This document shows positions 24,471 to 38,136 of a DNA stretch of 64,000 bases, one piece after another (within the stretch, counting starts at the first letter, position 1; each line of letters begins with the position of its first letter). A program made the position numbers and the translations under genes. The DNA comes from Podarcis erhardii (Eukaryota), in assembly GCA_964252035.1 (NCBI GenBank), contig OZ176209.1; one strand, given 5' to 3'. The notes beneath the pieces were generated by a model that was given only the letters and a program-made list of their open reading frames with translations, was not told where the DNA came from and did no database searches.

Positions 24471-25046
24471 AGCTTCTAACTGGCTTACCGTCCCAAGTAA
24501 CTTATTTAATACCTCTGTTGTTGTTTATGGACTGACTAATGGAACTACAGAAGGCAAACACTGCAACAAAATCAAATGGCTTCTAAGACAATGCCTAAGA
24601 GAATATGATGTGTCATGTTACTTTTAGTAAGTGTGTGGGTGGGTGTCTGTATCTGTCTGTCTGTCTGTCTGTCTGCATATTCCATTGCACTCACCCAGCA
24701 ATGTGGGGACCCCCAACTTTCACATGTGATATGGTGAGAGAACTGAGAGAGCAGCCTACATAAAGTAGGTAGGTGGGATGACGACTGCATGCTCACTTTC
24801 CCCTCATAAAAGCTGTACATCAGAATCAAAGAGGGAAAAAATGGAGGGAAGGCATAGCCTCAGTGACACAAAAGGTTGTTGGAACTTCTTGAAGTTCATG
24901 CCAATGACCTGAATGACCACAGGGGAGTGTTCCTCTCCTATTCATTTAAAATGGGGAGGCTTCATGATCGCAGTTGACCCTGTCACACACCTTTAAGCTC
25001 CTAGAAGGCTGAGCTGCTGTAAGCCTGATTCCTATATGTTTGGGGG

Positions 25047-25205
25047 AAAGGCTGTAGCTCAGTGCTAGAGCATCTGTTTGCATGCAAAAGGTCCCAGATT
25101 CAGTCCCCAGCATCTCCAGGTACCGTTCGGAGAGCAACTGCCAAGTCACCGCTGGCAATACTGAGGTAGGTGGACCAATGGTCTCTCTATAAGGTAGTTT
25201 CCCAA
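25047..25205 (+). mobile_element. tRNA-derived SINE, same family as 22128-22320
   Basis: gctgtagctcagtgctagagcatctgtttgcatgcaaaaggtcccagattcagtcccc. Confidence 0.7.
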
Positions 25206-25267
25206 GCTGCTAAGCAGTGGGAATTGATGAAATCAGGAATTTATGTCTGCATGGTGAAACACGATGG

Positions 25268-25269
<2 letters not shown>

Positions 25270-25320
<51 letters not shown>

Positions 25321-25326
25321 AGAGAG
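25270..25326. repeat. Compound (CT)n(GT)n(GA)n microsatellite
   Basis: Direct reading. Confidence 0.9.
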
Positions 25327-25449
25327 ACCTTATAGCTGGGGGGAAAGAGCATTATTTAGTGCTCTGCTTCAGGCGGCAAAAGGTTTTGGGCTAGCTCAGT
25401 CATGAATGAAGGCCTTAGTGCAACATAAGTAGATACATTATATACTCAC

Positions 25450-25554
25450 TCGTAAGAAAAAGGGAAACTTTTTCCCATAGAATCCAACTCGGAAAAACTC
25501 TGGCTCCAAACGTTGTTGATCCATAATTTTATCATACAAAGAAGCTTCCATCAC
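25450..25554 (-). CDS. DOCK4: DOCK4 DHR2 exon (VMEASLYDKIMDQQRLEPEFFRVGFYGKKFPFFLR)
   Basis: actcag/gtgagt; 105 nt, phase 0. Confidence 0.96.
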
Positions 25555-26449
25555 CTGAGTAAGATCAGATTGAAAATAAACAACTCAGATAAGCAATATC
25601 AATAGCTAAAATGCAAGCAAGGTAAACGAGAGTTCCCCAGCCCACATAAAGATACTTGAATGTATCTTTCAGCTTGTGCTTATCCGCATTTGCTCAATAT
25701 ACAACTGGATTTGTATAGACAGGAGGACAAATTGAACATGAGGGGTAGCACAGTGTTTGTAGAATTAACGAAAGTGTTACTTAACGATTGTGGTTTAGTG
25801 TTCAGAGATTAATCAGTCTAAATATAATCAATGTGGAAGGCAGCATTGTACTGCGATTTTAAAAAATAAATTAGAGTAGAAATAGAGACCAGTATTGAAG
25901 TCGATGGTGCTTGGCAAATGCAAAGTACAATCCTGTCTCAACCTGGCACAATGTTTCTTGGCTTGAATTGGCCTGATTCGTGTCTTCTCTTGCCAGGATT
26001 TTAAGTACATTACTTAAGAGTTTGGGCATGGCCAGTAGGTGAAATAAGTCCCATTGAGTTCAGAAGACCTCAGGTAAGTATATATAGGATTTCAATCTCA
26101 ATATAGTACAGGAACTACTAAACTGTATGCAATTGCATACAATTTGAACCATTTGTAAATGGCTTTAAAACAACATAGAAGTGTGAGGGTCTCTGCTTTC
26201 CTTTTTTGCAGCAATCTGACCCAGGCAAACATGTATGTTAGAATAACAAATGTAGCTAGAACAGGGATTGCTGGGTTGTAAGAACCTGTTGTAAAAAAAG
26301 ATTAAGTCAAAACAAAACAAAACAAAACATGAGCATCACAGTTTCAGCATGAAAGTTTCAATGGGAAAAATTAAATTGCTGCCTTGCTGACTAAACAAAA
26401 GCCAGTTTTATACTGATTCTTAATGGCCAAATACATCTATCTCCATTAC

Positions 26450-26536
26450 CCGCATCTTGCTGAGGTTTCTGTAGTCGTAATAGCTTTCATACTGCTCAGC
26501 GATCTTCCTGCATAAGATAATGCCATTCTCCCAGCA
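26450..26536 (-). CDS. DOCK4: DOCK4 DHR2 exon (CWENGIILCRKIAEQYESYYDYRNLSKMR)
   Basis: ctacag/gtaatg; 87 nt, phase 0. Confidence 0.96.
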
Positions 26537-26823
26537 CTGTAGACAAGCAAGAAAAAAGGAATGTTCGGCAAAGAGAAGGCTCTTAAACACTTTTTAGTTG
26601 TTTCAAACAGAGTTTCAAGTGTCCCAGTTGGCAGTACAATTTAGCATTAACCAGCGCTTTCAGAGAACATTAACCAACAGGCAGAAAACAGCTGCTTATG
26701 AGAACTGACAATATGGTATTATAAAGCTTCTTCCTTTTTGGGATAGGTGAACTGCATTCATAGGTACTGAGAGAACTTGTCATACAAAATAAGCCTGAAT
26801 CATCCCTGTACGTCTACCATGTA

Positions 26824-27126
26824 TAGTGGTGCCCCGCAAGACAAATGCCTCGCAAGACGAAAAACTCGCTAGACGAAAGAGTTTTCCATCTTTTGAGGTG
26901 CTTCGCAAGACGAATTTCCCTATGGGCTTGCTTCGCAAGACGAAACGTCTTGCGAGTTCTTGCCCTTCCCCCCCCCTTTTTCTAAGCCGCTAAGCCTCTA
27001 ATAGCCGCTAAGCCGCTAATAGCACTAATCCGCTAAGCCGCTAATAGCCGTGCTTCGCAAGACGAAAAAACCGCAAGACGAAGAGACTCGCGGAATGAAT
27101 TAATTTTGTCTTGCGAGGCACCACTG
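26824..27126. mobile_element. Tigger/pogo-like MITE (TIR (C)AGTGGTGCC..CGCAAGAC), TA TSD
   Basis: TA-flanked inverted ends; many cgcaagacgaa subterminal repeats; internal ctaagccgctaa repeats. Confidence 0.82.
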
Positions 27127-27589
27127 TATCAAAATGCATGGCAAAAGAAGTGTCTGGTCACATGACAGCCGCAGTCAAGAATCAATTCCACAGCACCGTT
27201 CCTAGAATAGGAACTTTTTGGGGGGCTTAGGTTCTTTTTCGGTTTCAATTCCACAGCACTATTATTCAAATAGGAACTTTTAGGGTTCTTAAAATCTAGG
27301 TCTGTTAAACTTTAGTTCCGCAATTACTGCCAGTGCTAGTTGTGGGAGAGAACTGTGAGTATGTACATTACTATTCAGCCAATGGCTTGGTTCACGCACT
27401 ACATTAAACCATAGTTTAAAATAGACTATGGTTTAACTCACAATACTGCTTTTCTCCTATCCTACTCCTGGCTGCTGTGCTGGGAAGGAAACAAGCCAGA
27501 GCAATGTGTGAACCGAGGCTTCTCTCCAAACAAACCATGTCACAGTGGCCAGTCAGATGCCTATGGGAAAGCACAATAATATATAATAT

Positions 27590-28625
27590 AATAATATTTT
27601 TTTATTTATACCCCGCCCTCCCCGGCCAAGACCAGGCTCAGGGTGGCTAACACCAAATATAAATATAGTAAAAACTTTTAAAAAACCAAGAAACCCCCCA
27701 ACAAACAGTTGATTAAAATATAAGTTAGAATACAGTTTAAAATGCAGCTTAAAATGCAGCCTCGTTTTAGTGGTAGCCTATAGCTCAAAGCCAGAAGGGG
27801 AGAAAACATCAAATATTCACTGGGGCCAACTATCCATGCTGCTCCTACATGGGCCAGCAAAAAGAGCCAAGGGAAAATTCATATATAAAATCCCATATAA
27901 GGGGTTCTATCAAAAAAATAAATGGGGGGTGGGTTTAGAATGAGTCCAGCCCAAAGGCCAGGCAGAACAGCTCCATCTTGCAGGCCCTGTAGAAAGATGT
28001 CAAATCCCACAGGGCCCTAGTCTCTTGAGACAGAGCATTCCACCAGGCTAGGGCCAGAGCTAAAAAGGCTCTGGCCCTGGTTGCGGCCAATCTAACCTCC
28101 TTGGGGCTCGGGACTTCCAAAGTGTTGTTATTTGTGGACCTTAAGGTCCTCCACAGGGCATACCAGGAGAGGCAGTCCCGTAGATATGAGGGTCCTAAGT
28201 CACATAGGGCTTTAAAGGTCAAAACCAGCACCTTAAACCTGACCCTGTACTCCACCGGGAGCCAGTGCAGCTGGTAAAGCACTGGATGAATGTGGTCCCG
28301 CGGCAAGGAGCCTTGCCAAGGTATTCTGCACTTGCTGCAGTTTCTGAGTCAGCTTCAAGGGCATCCCTGCATAGAGCGAATTACAATAATCAAGCCTGGA
28401 GGTGACCATCGCATGGATCACTGTGGCCAGATTGGACAGAGAAAGGTAAGGGACCAACTGCAAGAGCCCTCGCTCTTCCTGTGGATTCCAGCAACTGGTA
28501 TTCAGAAGTATTACTGCCTTCAACAGTTGAGGCAGAGCACAGCCATCATGGCTAGTAGCCATCTTGATAGCACATGGGATGTGCTCATCAAGAAACAGAC
28601 TCCCCAAGGCTTCGTGGCCATTTGA
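27590..28625 (-). mobile_element. L2-clade LINE 3' fragment (RT C-terminus, frameshifted, plus 3' tail)
   Basis: TSRLDYCNSLYAG..QKLQQVQN and HIHPVLYQLHWLPVEYRVRFKVLVLTFKAL...AFLALALAWWNALS. Confidence 0.9.
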
Positions 28626-28878
28626 AACCTGCAGCATTGCTCTCCTTTGAAAACAACACAACAAAAACTAAATATCCAATCGAAATATGGTCATTAAATC
28701 AAATATATTCAAAAATCTATCCATGCCATGGGGAATACACAAACTTTAAACCTGTACCAGTTTTCAGCTAGGCAAACTGGCCAAGATGCTTGCTAATGTG
28801 CAAACAGTCAGTTTAAGCAAGCTATGAATGGACTGCTTACAGGCGCAGACTCCGCTTGGATAAATAGGATAATATATA

Positions 28879-29118
28879 CAGTGGTACCTCGGTTTATGAA
28901 CTTAATCTGTTCCGGAAGTCCGTTCTTAAACCGAAACCGTTCTTAAACTGAGGCGCACTTTCCCTAATGAGGCCTCCTGCCGCCGGAGCCTTCCACCATT
29001 TGGATTCCATTCTTAGACCGAGGTAAAGTTCACAAACCGGGACACAACTTCCAGTTTTGCGGAGTTCATTAACCGAATAGCTCGTAAACAGGGCTGTTCT
29101 TAAACTGAGATACCACTG
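28879..29118. mobile_element. Tigger/pogo-like MITE (TIR CAGTGGTACCTC), TA TSD
   Basis: TA-cagtggtacctcgg ... gagataccactg-TA. Confidence 0.82.
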
Positions 29119-29757
29119 TATGGACTTTATACAAAATGTAGTAGACTATTAACATTTGCATGAGTATAACACTGTACCAATTTATATAAAAATGTATGGG
29201 AACATCATATATTGCATTTTTGCATACACACACACACAAAAAATAATAATAATAATAATAAAATATGTATCTTTGTTGTTTTCTCCCCCTCACCTTTCCT
29301 TCTTTTTTCTATATCAATTTATTTCTTTTAATTGAAATCACTTCAATAAAATATAAATATTTAAAAAAACACTTGGTTTAAACATATGGTTGCATCACTT
29401 AAATGAGATTAAAAACAGGTGTGTGCTGAAATGTTCTATAGAATTGATTAATAACACTGGAAAGGATGGTGGATGTCAACTAGCCCAACTCCTTGTTCAA
29501 TGCAGTCTCCTTAATGCAGGGTGAAACCACTGGCCCCTGCTTAAATAACTCCAGAAAAGGCATTTAAGAGGCATAGCAATGTCCAACCTCAGATTTCATA
29601 TGAGAATTTTTTTTTAAAGGACAACTCACGTTGTATAGAAAAGTGTTATTTAATCAATCAGCAGTGCAAAATATATTGACTGCAAACCATGATTAAGAAT
29701 CAGTTTGGTTTAATAAGAAAACAAACAGAAAACACCACCACCCAAAAACCCACTTAC

Positions 29758-29906
29758 TTTCCCCCTGTCAAAGTTCTGGATGATAGTGAGATGAAGGTAT
29801 TCTTTGCGCTGCCACTCGGTCTGCATGGGATAGTTCAGAAACTCTCTCAGCGGCCGTTCTGACCATTCCAACAGCTCGTCATACAGCAAGAGTGTGTATG
29901 CAGCCT
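29758..29906 (-). CDS. DOCK4: DOCK4 DHR2 exon (AAYTLLLYDELLEWSERPLREFLNYPMQTEWQRKEYLHLTIIQNFDRGK)
   Basis: caacag/gtaagt; 149 nt, phase 1 to 0. Confidence 0.96.
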
Positions 29907-30671
29907 CTGTTGGGTGTTAGAAGTAAACAGGAATAAAATTTAGTGGGCACATATTTTCATGACAAATGGCACAGGCAAGCAGAACTGATCATTTCAGCTC
30001 TTGCCCGGAAAACAGACATACTGGAGGAAATATATATAACAGTTTCATGGGTCAGCCTGCTTAGGGCATCCATGCCAAAGGCTGGTGGACAACAGAAGTA
30101 TAAATAGAACCAAGGTGCCTGATTCACCTTTGAGGCACACAGATCAACTGGCGGGGTGTGGGTGGGTGTCCTCAAATCTGCTGCAGATTCATTAGAATAG
30201 ATCTGGGTAAAGCTTTCCCTCCATCTTGCTCACTGATTGCTGGACTGAACAAGCCACAGATGCATTTTCTATGCGCCACTTTCAAAGATACCAGGTGCTG
30301 TTCTGTCCACATGAAGATCTTGTGGGCTACCCTTTGCAGAGACGTTGATCTTGCAAGCTTTTAACACATTGTCCGTGTTAATCAGTAGGTTCTTCTTGAT
30401 GAGAGGCCCAAACACCTGGAATGTCTGGGCAGGTAGCCAGGAGCTACCAACAGTTTGCATTTCTCAGAGAGCCCTCCAACAGCTAGGTACCCTTATCTGT
30501 GGTTGCATGTAGACTTCCCACATGGTGTTGTTTTCTTGACAACCGTGCTGCCTTGTTATCAGAGGAGATACTTGATCATTCAAGACTGCCCTATCTTGGA
30601 ACCTCTGGAGAATAATATTGATAAATTAAATGCTATCAATTAATTAACTGTTTTGTATTTAGGGCTATCTG

Positions 30672-30674
<3 letters not shown>

Positions 30675-30721
<47 letters not shown>

Positions 30722-30722
30722 C
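30675..30722. repeat. (TCTA)n microsatellite
   Basis: Direct reading. Confidence 0.95.
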
Positions 30723-31784
30723 AGAGACATACACATGCATGGGCAATGAAGAGATGCCGCAGCAATCTCCCATACAGTCTCTGGCATGCATACTAAAAAT
30801 GAAAAAAGAAATCTGCAAGCCTCTCGTGTGCTATGATGTAACAAGCAAGTTATGCAAGAACCTTTCAGAGAACCATTTCTCTTCCATGGCAATATTCAAA
30901 AATTCAGATTGATAACAATAGTAAATAAACTCATTCAATTTGGAAAAAAAAATTACACCTTAAAAATTAGTAGTACCAATTAATCCATAGCAGATTTACC
31001 TATAAAACACAGGTTGAAATAAAAATGTCATGGGAGTTTGTTTTTAAACAAATCAGTAATTCTGTAGCTACATGGGTTTCCAGGGAGATAGAGTTCCACA
31101 GATAAGAAGCCACCATAGGAAAAAAAGTAAAAAACACAACTGCCCCTGATACCCAACAGTCTGGAGTATATACTTGTATATACTCAACCTGACTCTTCAG
31201 GGGGACTGCAGGCCATACACTGATATGCAGATCAGCAGATTTCTCAACCCACCAGATTTCTGTTTTGAATATTACTCATACTAAAGAAACAACTGACAGT
31301 TATACAAATCCCCATACAGGAAAATAAATCCCAAGAAAACCTAACCGGAGGAAATCATGCTGTGAAAAGCAACGTTCTCTTGGTAGAAGGTCAGAAAGTT
31401 TATAAGAAATAAAGGCTGCAAATCGATAAATATCAGTTCTCAGAAGGGAGCATACCAGCACACTCTAGGTTAAATGTATCAAGCCTTGCTGCTGTTTAAG
31501 CATCAGCTGCAGACATGGTCTCTTGAAAACACATCTACGATGCTTAGCAACCCAATTTGCAATTGTCACCAAGGAGCAGCATTGGCTGCCAGCTGTTCGA
31601 GGGAAGATTTAAACTTGACATTAAAAAGGAGTGGGCTTTGCCAAGAATTATTGGCATGTAACACTTGCCAGGGGAGAGAGAAAAAACAGATACAATCATG
31701 CAAAACTAGCAGCATCTATGGATTTCAATTACATCATTTCTCTCCAACAAAGATCACTAACAATCTTGATATACTAATACTAAT

Positions 31785-32190
31785 ACTAATAATTTATTTA
31801 TACCCAGCCCATCTGGCTGGGTTTCCCCACCCACTCTGGGCAGCTTCCAACCGAATATTAAAAACAATACAGCATCAAACATTTTAAACTTCCCAATACA
31901 GAGCTGCCTTCAGATGTCTTTAAAAAGTAAAATAGTTGCTTATTGCCTTGACATCTGAAGGGAGGGTGTTCCACAGGGCGGGTGCCACTACCGAGAAGGC
32001 CCTCTGTCTGGTTCCCTGTAACCTCACTTCTTGCAGTGAGGGAACTGTCAGAAGGTCCTTGGAGCTGGACCTCAGTGTCCGGGCTGGACGATGGGGGTGG
32101 AGACGCTCCTTCAGGTATACTGGACCAAGGCCGTTTAGGGCTTTAAAGGTCAGCACCAACACTCTGAATAGTGCCCGGAAATGTACTGGG
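31785..32190 (-). mobile_element. L2-clade LINE 3' end
   Basis: LVLTFKALNGLGPVYL...RTLRSS...RAFSVVAPALWNTLP with shared 3' UTR. Confidence 0.9.
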
Positions 32191-33115
32191 ATGGTACGCT
32201 TAATGGTAAAAGTAAATCACTTTGATTCCAGGGAGCACGTTCTCAATATCAAGGGATGCTGATAAACAAAGTCACTTCTGAAGTGGGATCATTTCTACTC
32301 CATTTTCATTTTTTTTTTTAAGCAAAGGAAGACCTGGCAGCTAAGTCTGCCAGGAAAAGATTACTCACTTTCCAAATGAGGACCTGCTGCAGTACAGGTA
32401 CAAGTGACTACATGTCTCACCTAAAGAGAGGCTCCTATTACACAGGCCTTAATGGTCCTGTTAGCTTCTTATGTTACAGGTTGGTGCCTTAGGTGGTCAG
32501 ATGCAAGATTCTGAACGCTTCACACTAGAGTTGGAAGGTGCCAAGAGTTCCCTCCCGTTTGGTCCTGAGCAAACTAAAGGTTGTTCTTACTTAAGGCAGG
32601 CCCATCCATTGAGGAGGCCACCCTAGGCAGTTGGCTTTGGATATCATCAAAAGGCAGAGAATGGTTGAGCTATTTAATATTGTATTTTTTTACTGCCAGG
32701 GAGGGTGGAGGCGCTTGTGGAATTTCCCCCACACAAATTAACTGACCTTGTATACAAAGTACCTCAACTTGCATGCAGGAAGAGCAGGCACGATTTGTTG
32801 CTCTGCCTCAAGCATAATATTTTGGGGGCTTGCTCCTGCTACTACCTCTGCAGTCAAACCATCTTTTGCATCCAAACTAGGGAGTGAAATCTATAGAGCT
32901 TTGGAGATACTACCAACTTGAAGGCATATCTGAGAAGGTAAGATCAGTTCCCATGAAGGCGTCCATGACTCTGCCTTGCTATATCCAGCTTTTTCCAGAA
33001 AACACAGATGCCAGCTTGAGACACGGAAGGAATTCCTGCACCTATTTATTCCACTAATCTGCATCCATGTCTCAAAACATATACTGTTACCAGGATTATT
33101 TGGTGAATTATTTAC

Positions 33116-33209
33116 CTGTGAAGTTTTGTGCTTTAAGGTGCAGATCATACAGTTTATGTATATATCGAATATACATCTCCTCCTTATTCAATTCTGTCTT
33201 GTAAAAATT
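33116..33209 (-). CDS. DOCK4: DOCK4 DHR2 exon (NFYKTELNKEEMYIRYIHKLYDLHLKAQNFT)
   Basis: ttccag/gtaaat; 94 nt, phase 0 to 1. Confidence 0.96.
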
Positions 33210-36200
33210 CTGGAATAAAAACACATTGCAATGCATGATAGTTATAAAAGACAAGGTAGCAACATTATCTATGCCTTTTATCCTATCTCTGATCTTTCTC
33301 TCTCTCTTGAAAACCGTTCCTTATCAGATAGCAGAAAAGCTTTGGAATCAGAAAAAAAAGCATTTTTGTGAAATGTTGTGATGAATCTCAAGCAGTCATT
33401 TTAGTCTTTTAAAACAAAAAAAGGTGTTACTTAAAAAAAAGAGGAAAATGTAAAAAAAAGATGAAAATGTGTGCTAGGTTATATTGGTAACAAAATAAAT
33501 TACGGTAAAACATATGAGTAAGGAGTTGGAAATGGGGTCCAATGATGCTGCAAAATGTACGGTATGTTTTCAGAAATCTGCATTGATTCTTATGGGTAAT
33601 TATTTTCCACGGGTTTGTTTACCTATGTGCACTGGGTAAAATCTAGCTTCTGTTATCCATAGTGTGGGACATCTGCTATACATATCCCTGCTGCTTTTTA
33701 TTACATACAATGCCAGAATAACTGCCAATTGGTACCTCATTACACATTGATATTAGTATAATGTTGTAAATAGAGAGACTGAGAAAGATAAAGATAGTTC
33801 ATTTAGTCATCGCTAGTGCTCCAACCTTGAAAATGGAAAAACTTAATTATGATTCAGTGTTCCTAATCTGTGACAAAATATTTCACAGGGGGCATTACAT
33901 TTTAAACAGTTATCTGTGAATTTCAAACTGATACTTGCTTTTTTCTTCTTCTACTCTTTATATTGTGTTCTTAGTCATTGTGAGAAATCAATGAAGCTAG
34001 GGTGATGGAGTTTACGTTTTAAAATAAATGTATTTGTATAGTTTTTGTATTTAACAAATGTGCATACATTTTAATAATCAGATACCCCTCAAGAAAAGAG
34101 GTGTTCAGGGAAACAATATTAAACACCTAATCTGGAGATGCAGCCATTTTGAATACAGATAGTTTAAAACGGCACCTGAGTCTCAGCTAAGTTGGAATGC
34201 GAAATCTGTATGGGTATGGTTTGAATGAGTTTGTACTACCTTTGGACACACTGGATATTCAAGGATTAGAAAAAATAATGGTTCCTTGAGGCTAAAAGCA
34301 GCATACATAGTAGGCTCAAATCACATAGTTGTCCCAAGTGGAACTTATGTATATTGGAATTTATACCTAACTGTTATATCCAGACAAGAACGTTTGGAAG
34401 AAAACAAAAATAGGCAAATGTGCCTTGTCTGCGTTGTGGAAAGGAAATACTCCCAAACCAGGTATATCCACTTTTTGCATAGGGATTTGTTCAAATAGGG
34501 TCTTGGGTTTCTCAGATTTTGTACATTGAGTTTGCTTTTACACGAATATTCCTCTACAGTAGGCAAATAAACTGTACCAATATTTTAATGTGAATGCGCA
34601 GGGAGCTGGTGCACATTGCTAAAAAAGTATCGTTCCACTTCTTCCCTGCTCCTGTCAACACAATCAGAAAACAAGCCAGAGTTTGTTTTTAGCTGTGGTT
34701 TAATGTGATGTACAAACTGGATCAAAGACTTGCATGTATGAATCAGCCTTCACAGAAAAAACAAGCATATTTTCTCAGAGATGGTATATGTTAGACACAG
34801 CTAGTTCTAACTCTGCAAGAATCAAAGCACAGCACCTCAACTCATTTAGTCCAATCCCATTACAGAGAATGCAGTTGTTTTATTTGTAGACAAAGTAGTC
34901 AATAGCACTAGTCTGGGCAAAATCATAACATATGAAAATCCCATAGCAAACTCTTCATGGACCACCTTGCCTAGAGGAAAGGGAAGGGGGATGTAGAAAT
35001 ACATTCAAAGTATGGCTCTAAATGTGTTGAATAGAGTGGTCATGTGTGCTGCTAGGCCTCTATTTGAAGACTTATCTATAAATAAGCATTTGCAAATTTC
35101 ATGCAAATGTGTGTCCTCTTTTGCAATGATACATTTCCTCCTTTTTGGCAATTTGCATATGGCCATCCTAGTTATTTAAATGCTATTTGTCTCTGTAGTC
35201 ATTCAAAAGACAGATTCTTTCATCCTTCCTCCCCAAACTGAATGCTTTGAAAGATCAATGACTTATCACTCCATCTGGTGATATTAACAGAAATTTCCCT
35301 TTCGCATAGGATCTACGTCAGACACAAACAGCAATGCAAAGCATTGAAAGCAGCATTGGTGGGAAGAAGCTACGCAGCACCATGTTTGAGTGAAGCAGAA
35401 CTGCAGAGGTCAAGGACTCTGGTGAAGTGCAATACCACAGATGCATTCAAAAGGGATTTGCTGGATTGTAAAGCCATGCCTACATGCACATCAGGGGAAT
35501 CTAATCTGAGGCATGTGGAGACATTTTCGTTAAGTATTGTGAATGGTAAAGTACAGTCCACATTGATGGTTTTCGAGGCAGAGAGATGAAAAGAATAGAG
35601 CAGCCTGAGCCCATGGATAAATAAAAAAGAAACAACAACTTGCAATTAAAGTGTCACCAAGGTGACACTTTTCTTAACCTGACAAGCTCTTGCTGTTAGG
35701 AAAATGGTTAAGAGCCTATTTGGCTCTTCATATAAAAGGCAAAAGTTTGGGCTTCTCAGTAACAGTCTCCACTGAGTTCCTTTACTCCAGCTCCTGTACT
35801 CATGGCAAAGAAATTCCTTTGGGATGAAAGATATGTATTTCTGTGGACATTAGGATGCAAATAATGACTTGGAGATTGGAAGGGGCCACCATCTATTTCT
35901 GCAATTGGTAAAGCAGCCGTGGTAGGTCTGGATTTGGAACCTCAGACAAAAAAAAAAAAAAAATCCCCACTCAGCTCCAAAGTTTACTGGTCCACCATTG
36001 GTGAAAAAATGGTTTGCAGCCCATTTTCATGGAGCTTTTGGCAGGTTGAAATGTGCACATAGTATGGGCTGATATGGTTTTGCTGACATTTGTTATATTA
36101 ACTGTGCTTAGAAAGTTGAGGCAATTTGAATCTCTTTTAGTATTTTAATTTTTGAATGTTTTGATTTTTTCTTGATTTTATTGCTTTATCTTTAAGGTGG

Positions 36201-37220
36201 TGTTTTGTTTTGTTTTTTTACAGCCAAGCAGTATGTAAGTTTGAGGAAATAAATAAATTAATGGAGGAGCAACCACACATGTCTGCTCAGAAGTAAGCCT
36301 CATTGAGTTCACTCAGGTAAGTGTATATGCAAGGAGAGATAGCACCTTTCCAGGGGTGCACCTAGTATTGTGGAAGGCTTGAGTTTACGAAGCACAAAGG
36401 GTCTCGTCTCTTGCTCTGTGCCGATTGGTAAAAATATTGTTACACGGGCAGGCTTTTGCCTGCTAAGTATCCGCTGTGAATGCCATTTTATTTCTGTGGT
36501 TTCTGCCTTTATTTTATTTTCAATGCATTTTAATGCCTTGAATTCAATGTACTTTATTGTGGTGTTTTTAATCCTATTTTATGGCATTATGATTTTAAAT
36601 CGTTATAAGCTGCCCTGCATAGTTCCAAGGCACTAGCAAATTCAGCGGAGGAGCATTACCCTGCGCTGTCCAGGGCGGGCACACTCCTGAGGGGGGCTGG
36701 GCACAGAGGGTGCCCTCCCAGGCGCGGGGTAGCTGTTCGGGTGCACAGAGCGGCGCAAGTGCCCTGCAGCTAGGGGCAGAGCGAGCCGCCAATGGCGGAC
36801 ATTCGGCACACCACCCACCCGTGACTCTGAAACCTCCCCCAGCTGTCAAAATGGGGGGAATGGGCAAATGCCGCTGGCTCGGGGTAGGCTTGGGAGTCGC
36901 AGGTAGGCGGCGCACCAAATGTTACCCCCTCAGCAAAGACTCCCGGGTAGATCCGCCCCCACTGCACCCCCTTCCTCCGCCCCTGAGCAGATTACAAGGG
37001 TCGGTAGAAATCTGCATTAAGTAGAAAAATGTTTGTATATCTGTTAGCCCCCACTATTATTGGCTGCTTTTGGTGAGACAAAAATGTTAACAGAGGAGAC
37101 AGAGACCACATCCTCTGACCTGGTGCCCTCTGAGGAAGGCTAGGATGCAAATGTGTTTTATTATCATAAGCCACTCTGTGATCTTAAGGGATTAAGGGTT
37201 GGGCGAAAATCTTACAATTA

Positions 37221-37480
37221 CAGTGGTACCTCGGGTTAAGTACTTAATTCGTTCTGGACGTCTGTACTTAACCTGAAACTGTTCTTAACCTGAAGCACCA
37301 CTTTAGCTAATGGGGCGCTTCCTGCTGCTGCCGCGCCACCGGAGCACAATTTATGTTCTCATCCTGAAGCAAAGTTCTTAACCTGAGGTAATATTTCTGG
37401 GTTAGCGGAATCTGTAACCTGAAGCGTATGTAACCTGAAGCGTATGTAACCTGAAGCGTATGTAACCCGAGGTACCACTG
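37221..37480. mobile_element. Tigger/pogo-like MITE, TA TSD
   Basis: TIR CAGTGGTACCTCGGGTTA; gtaacctgaagcgtat repeated three times. Confidence 0.88.
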
Positions 37481-38075
37481 TACATACATCCATCCATACA
37501 AATAAAATAGTCATCCAACTAACCTTGAAATAATATAGTTCCCCTAAATCATGCAGAAAATAAAAAGGGGGGGGGGATATTTCCCACTCTATCACACATT
37601 TCTCAGAGAGAAAATCACCCTTTGAAAAATATTATTTCACCTGTAGATGGAGGAAGTTACACAATTCCCTATCAATTGTAAAAACCAGAAAGGTTTCTGT
37701 CCTGAATAAGAAGAAGCAAGGATGTTGGAAGAAGTATCCCTGCTTCTTTTCCTCACTGCCAGCAAAGTAGTGCTCAGAAGAATCCCACTTCTCTTGCTTC
37801 TTTCCCACCTGCCAGCTCATATAATTAGAGACACCCACCCACAACTCAAACAGGGCAGAACGGCTATATTTTAGCAGGCTTATCAATATATATTCAAATG
37901 CAACATGAATACTTCATGATTCTGTAATAGGTTTTGAATTCATTAATTATGCAGTGGAAAGTGTACTTTTAAATCCCAGTTTGGAAAGTAAGCTATTAAA
38001 AACACGCTCCTTATCTAAACATTTGGATCCTTAAAGTGACATAGTTAAGATCTCTCAAAAGAAAGAGATACGCAC

Positions 38076-38136
38076 CAGCAAGCTGACCGTGCAGCCAATC
38101 TTTTTGCCATCCACTTCACCCATTTTCATGCAGTCC
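38076..38136 (-). CDS. DOCK4: DOCK4 coding exon (DCMKMGEVDGKKIGCTVSLL)
   Basis: ctccag/gtgcgt; 61 nt, phase 2 to 0. Confidence 0.95.

Noticed and set aside
22128-25205. tRNA genes at 22128, 25047 and in SINE heads
   Set aside because: Cloverleaf is degenerate and continues into a SINE body; these are SINE heads, not tRNAs
35278-35589. 103-aa plus-strand ORF
   Set aside because: No recognisable homology, no ATG context or splice support
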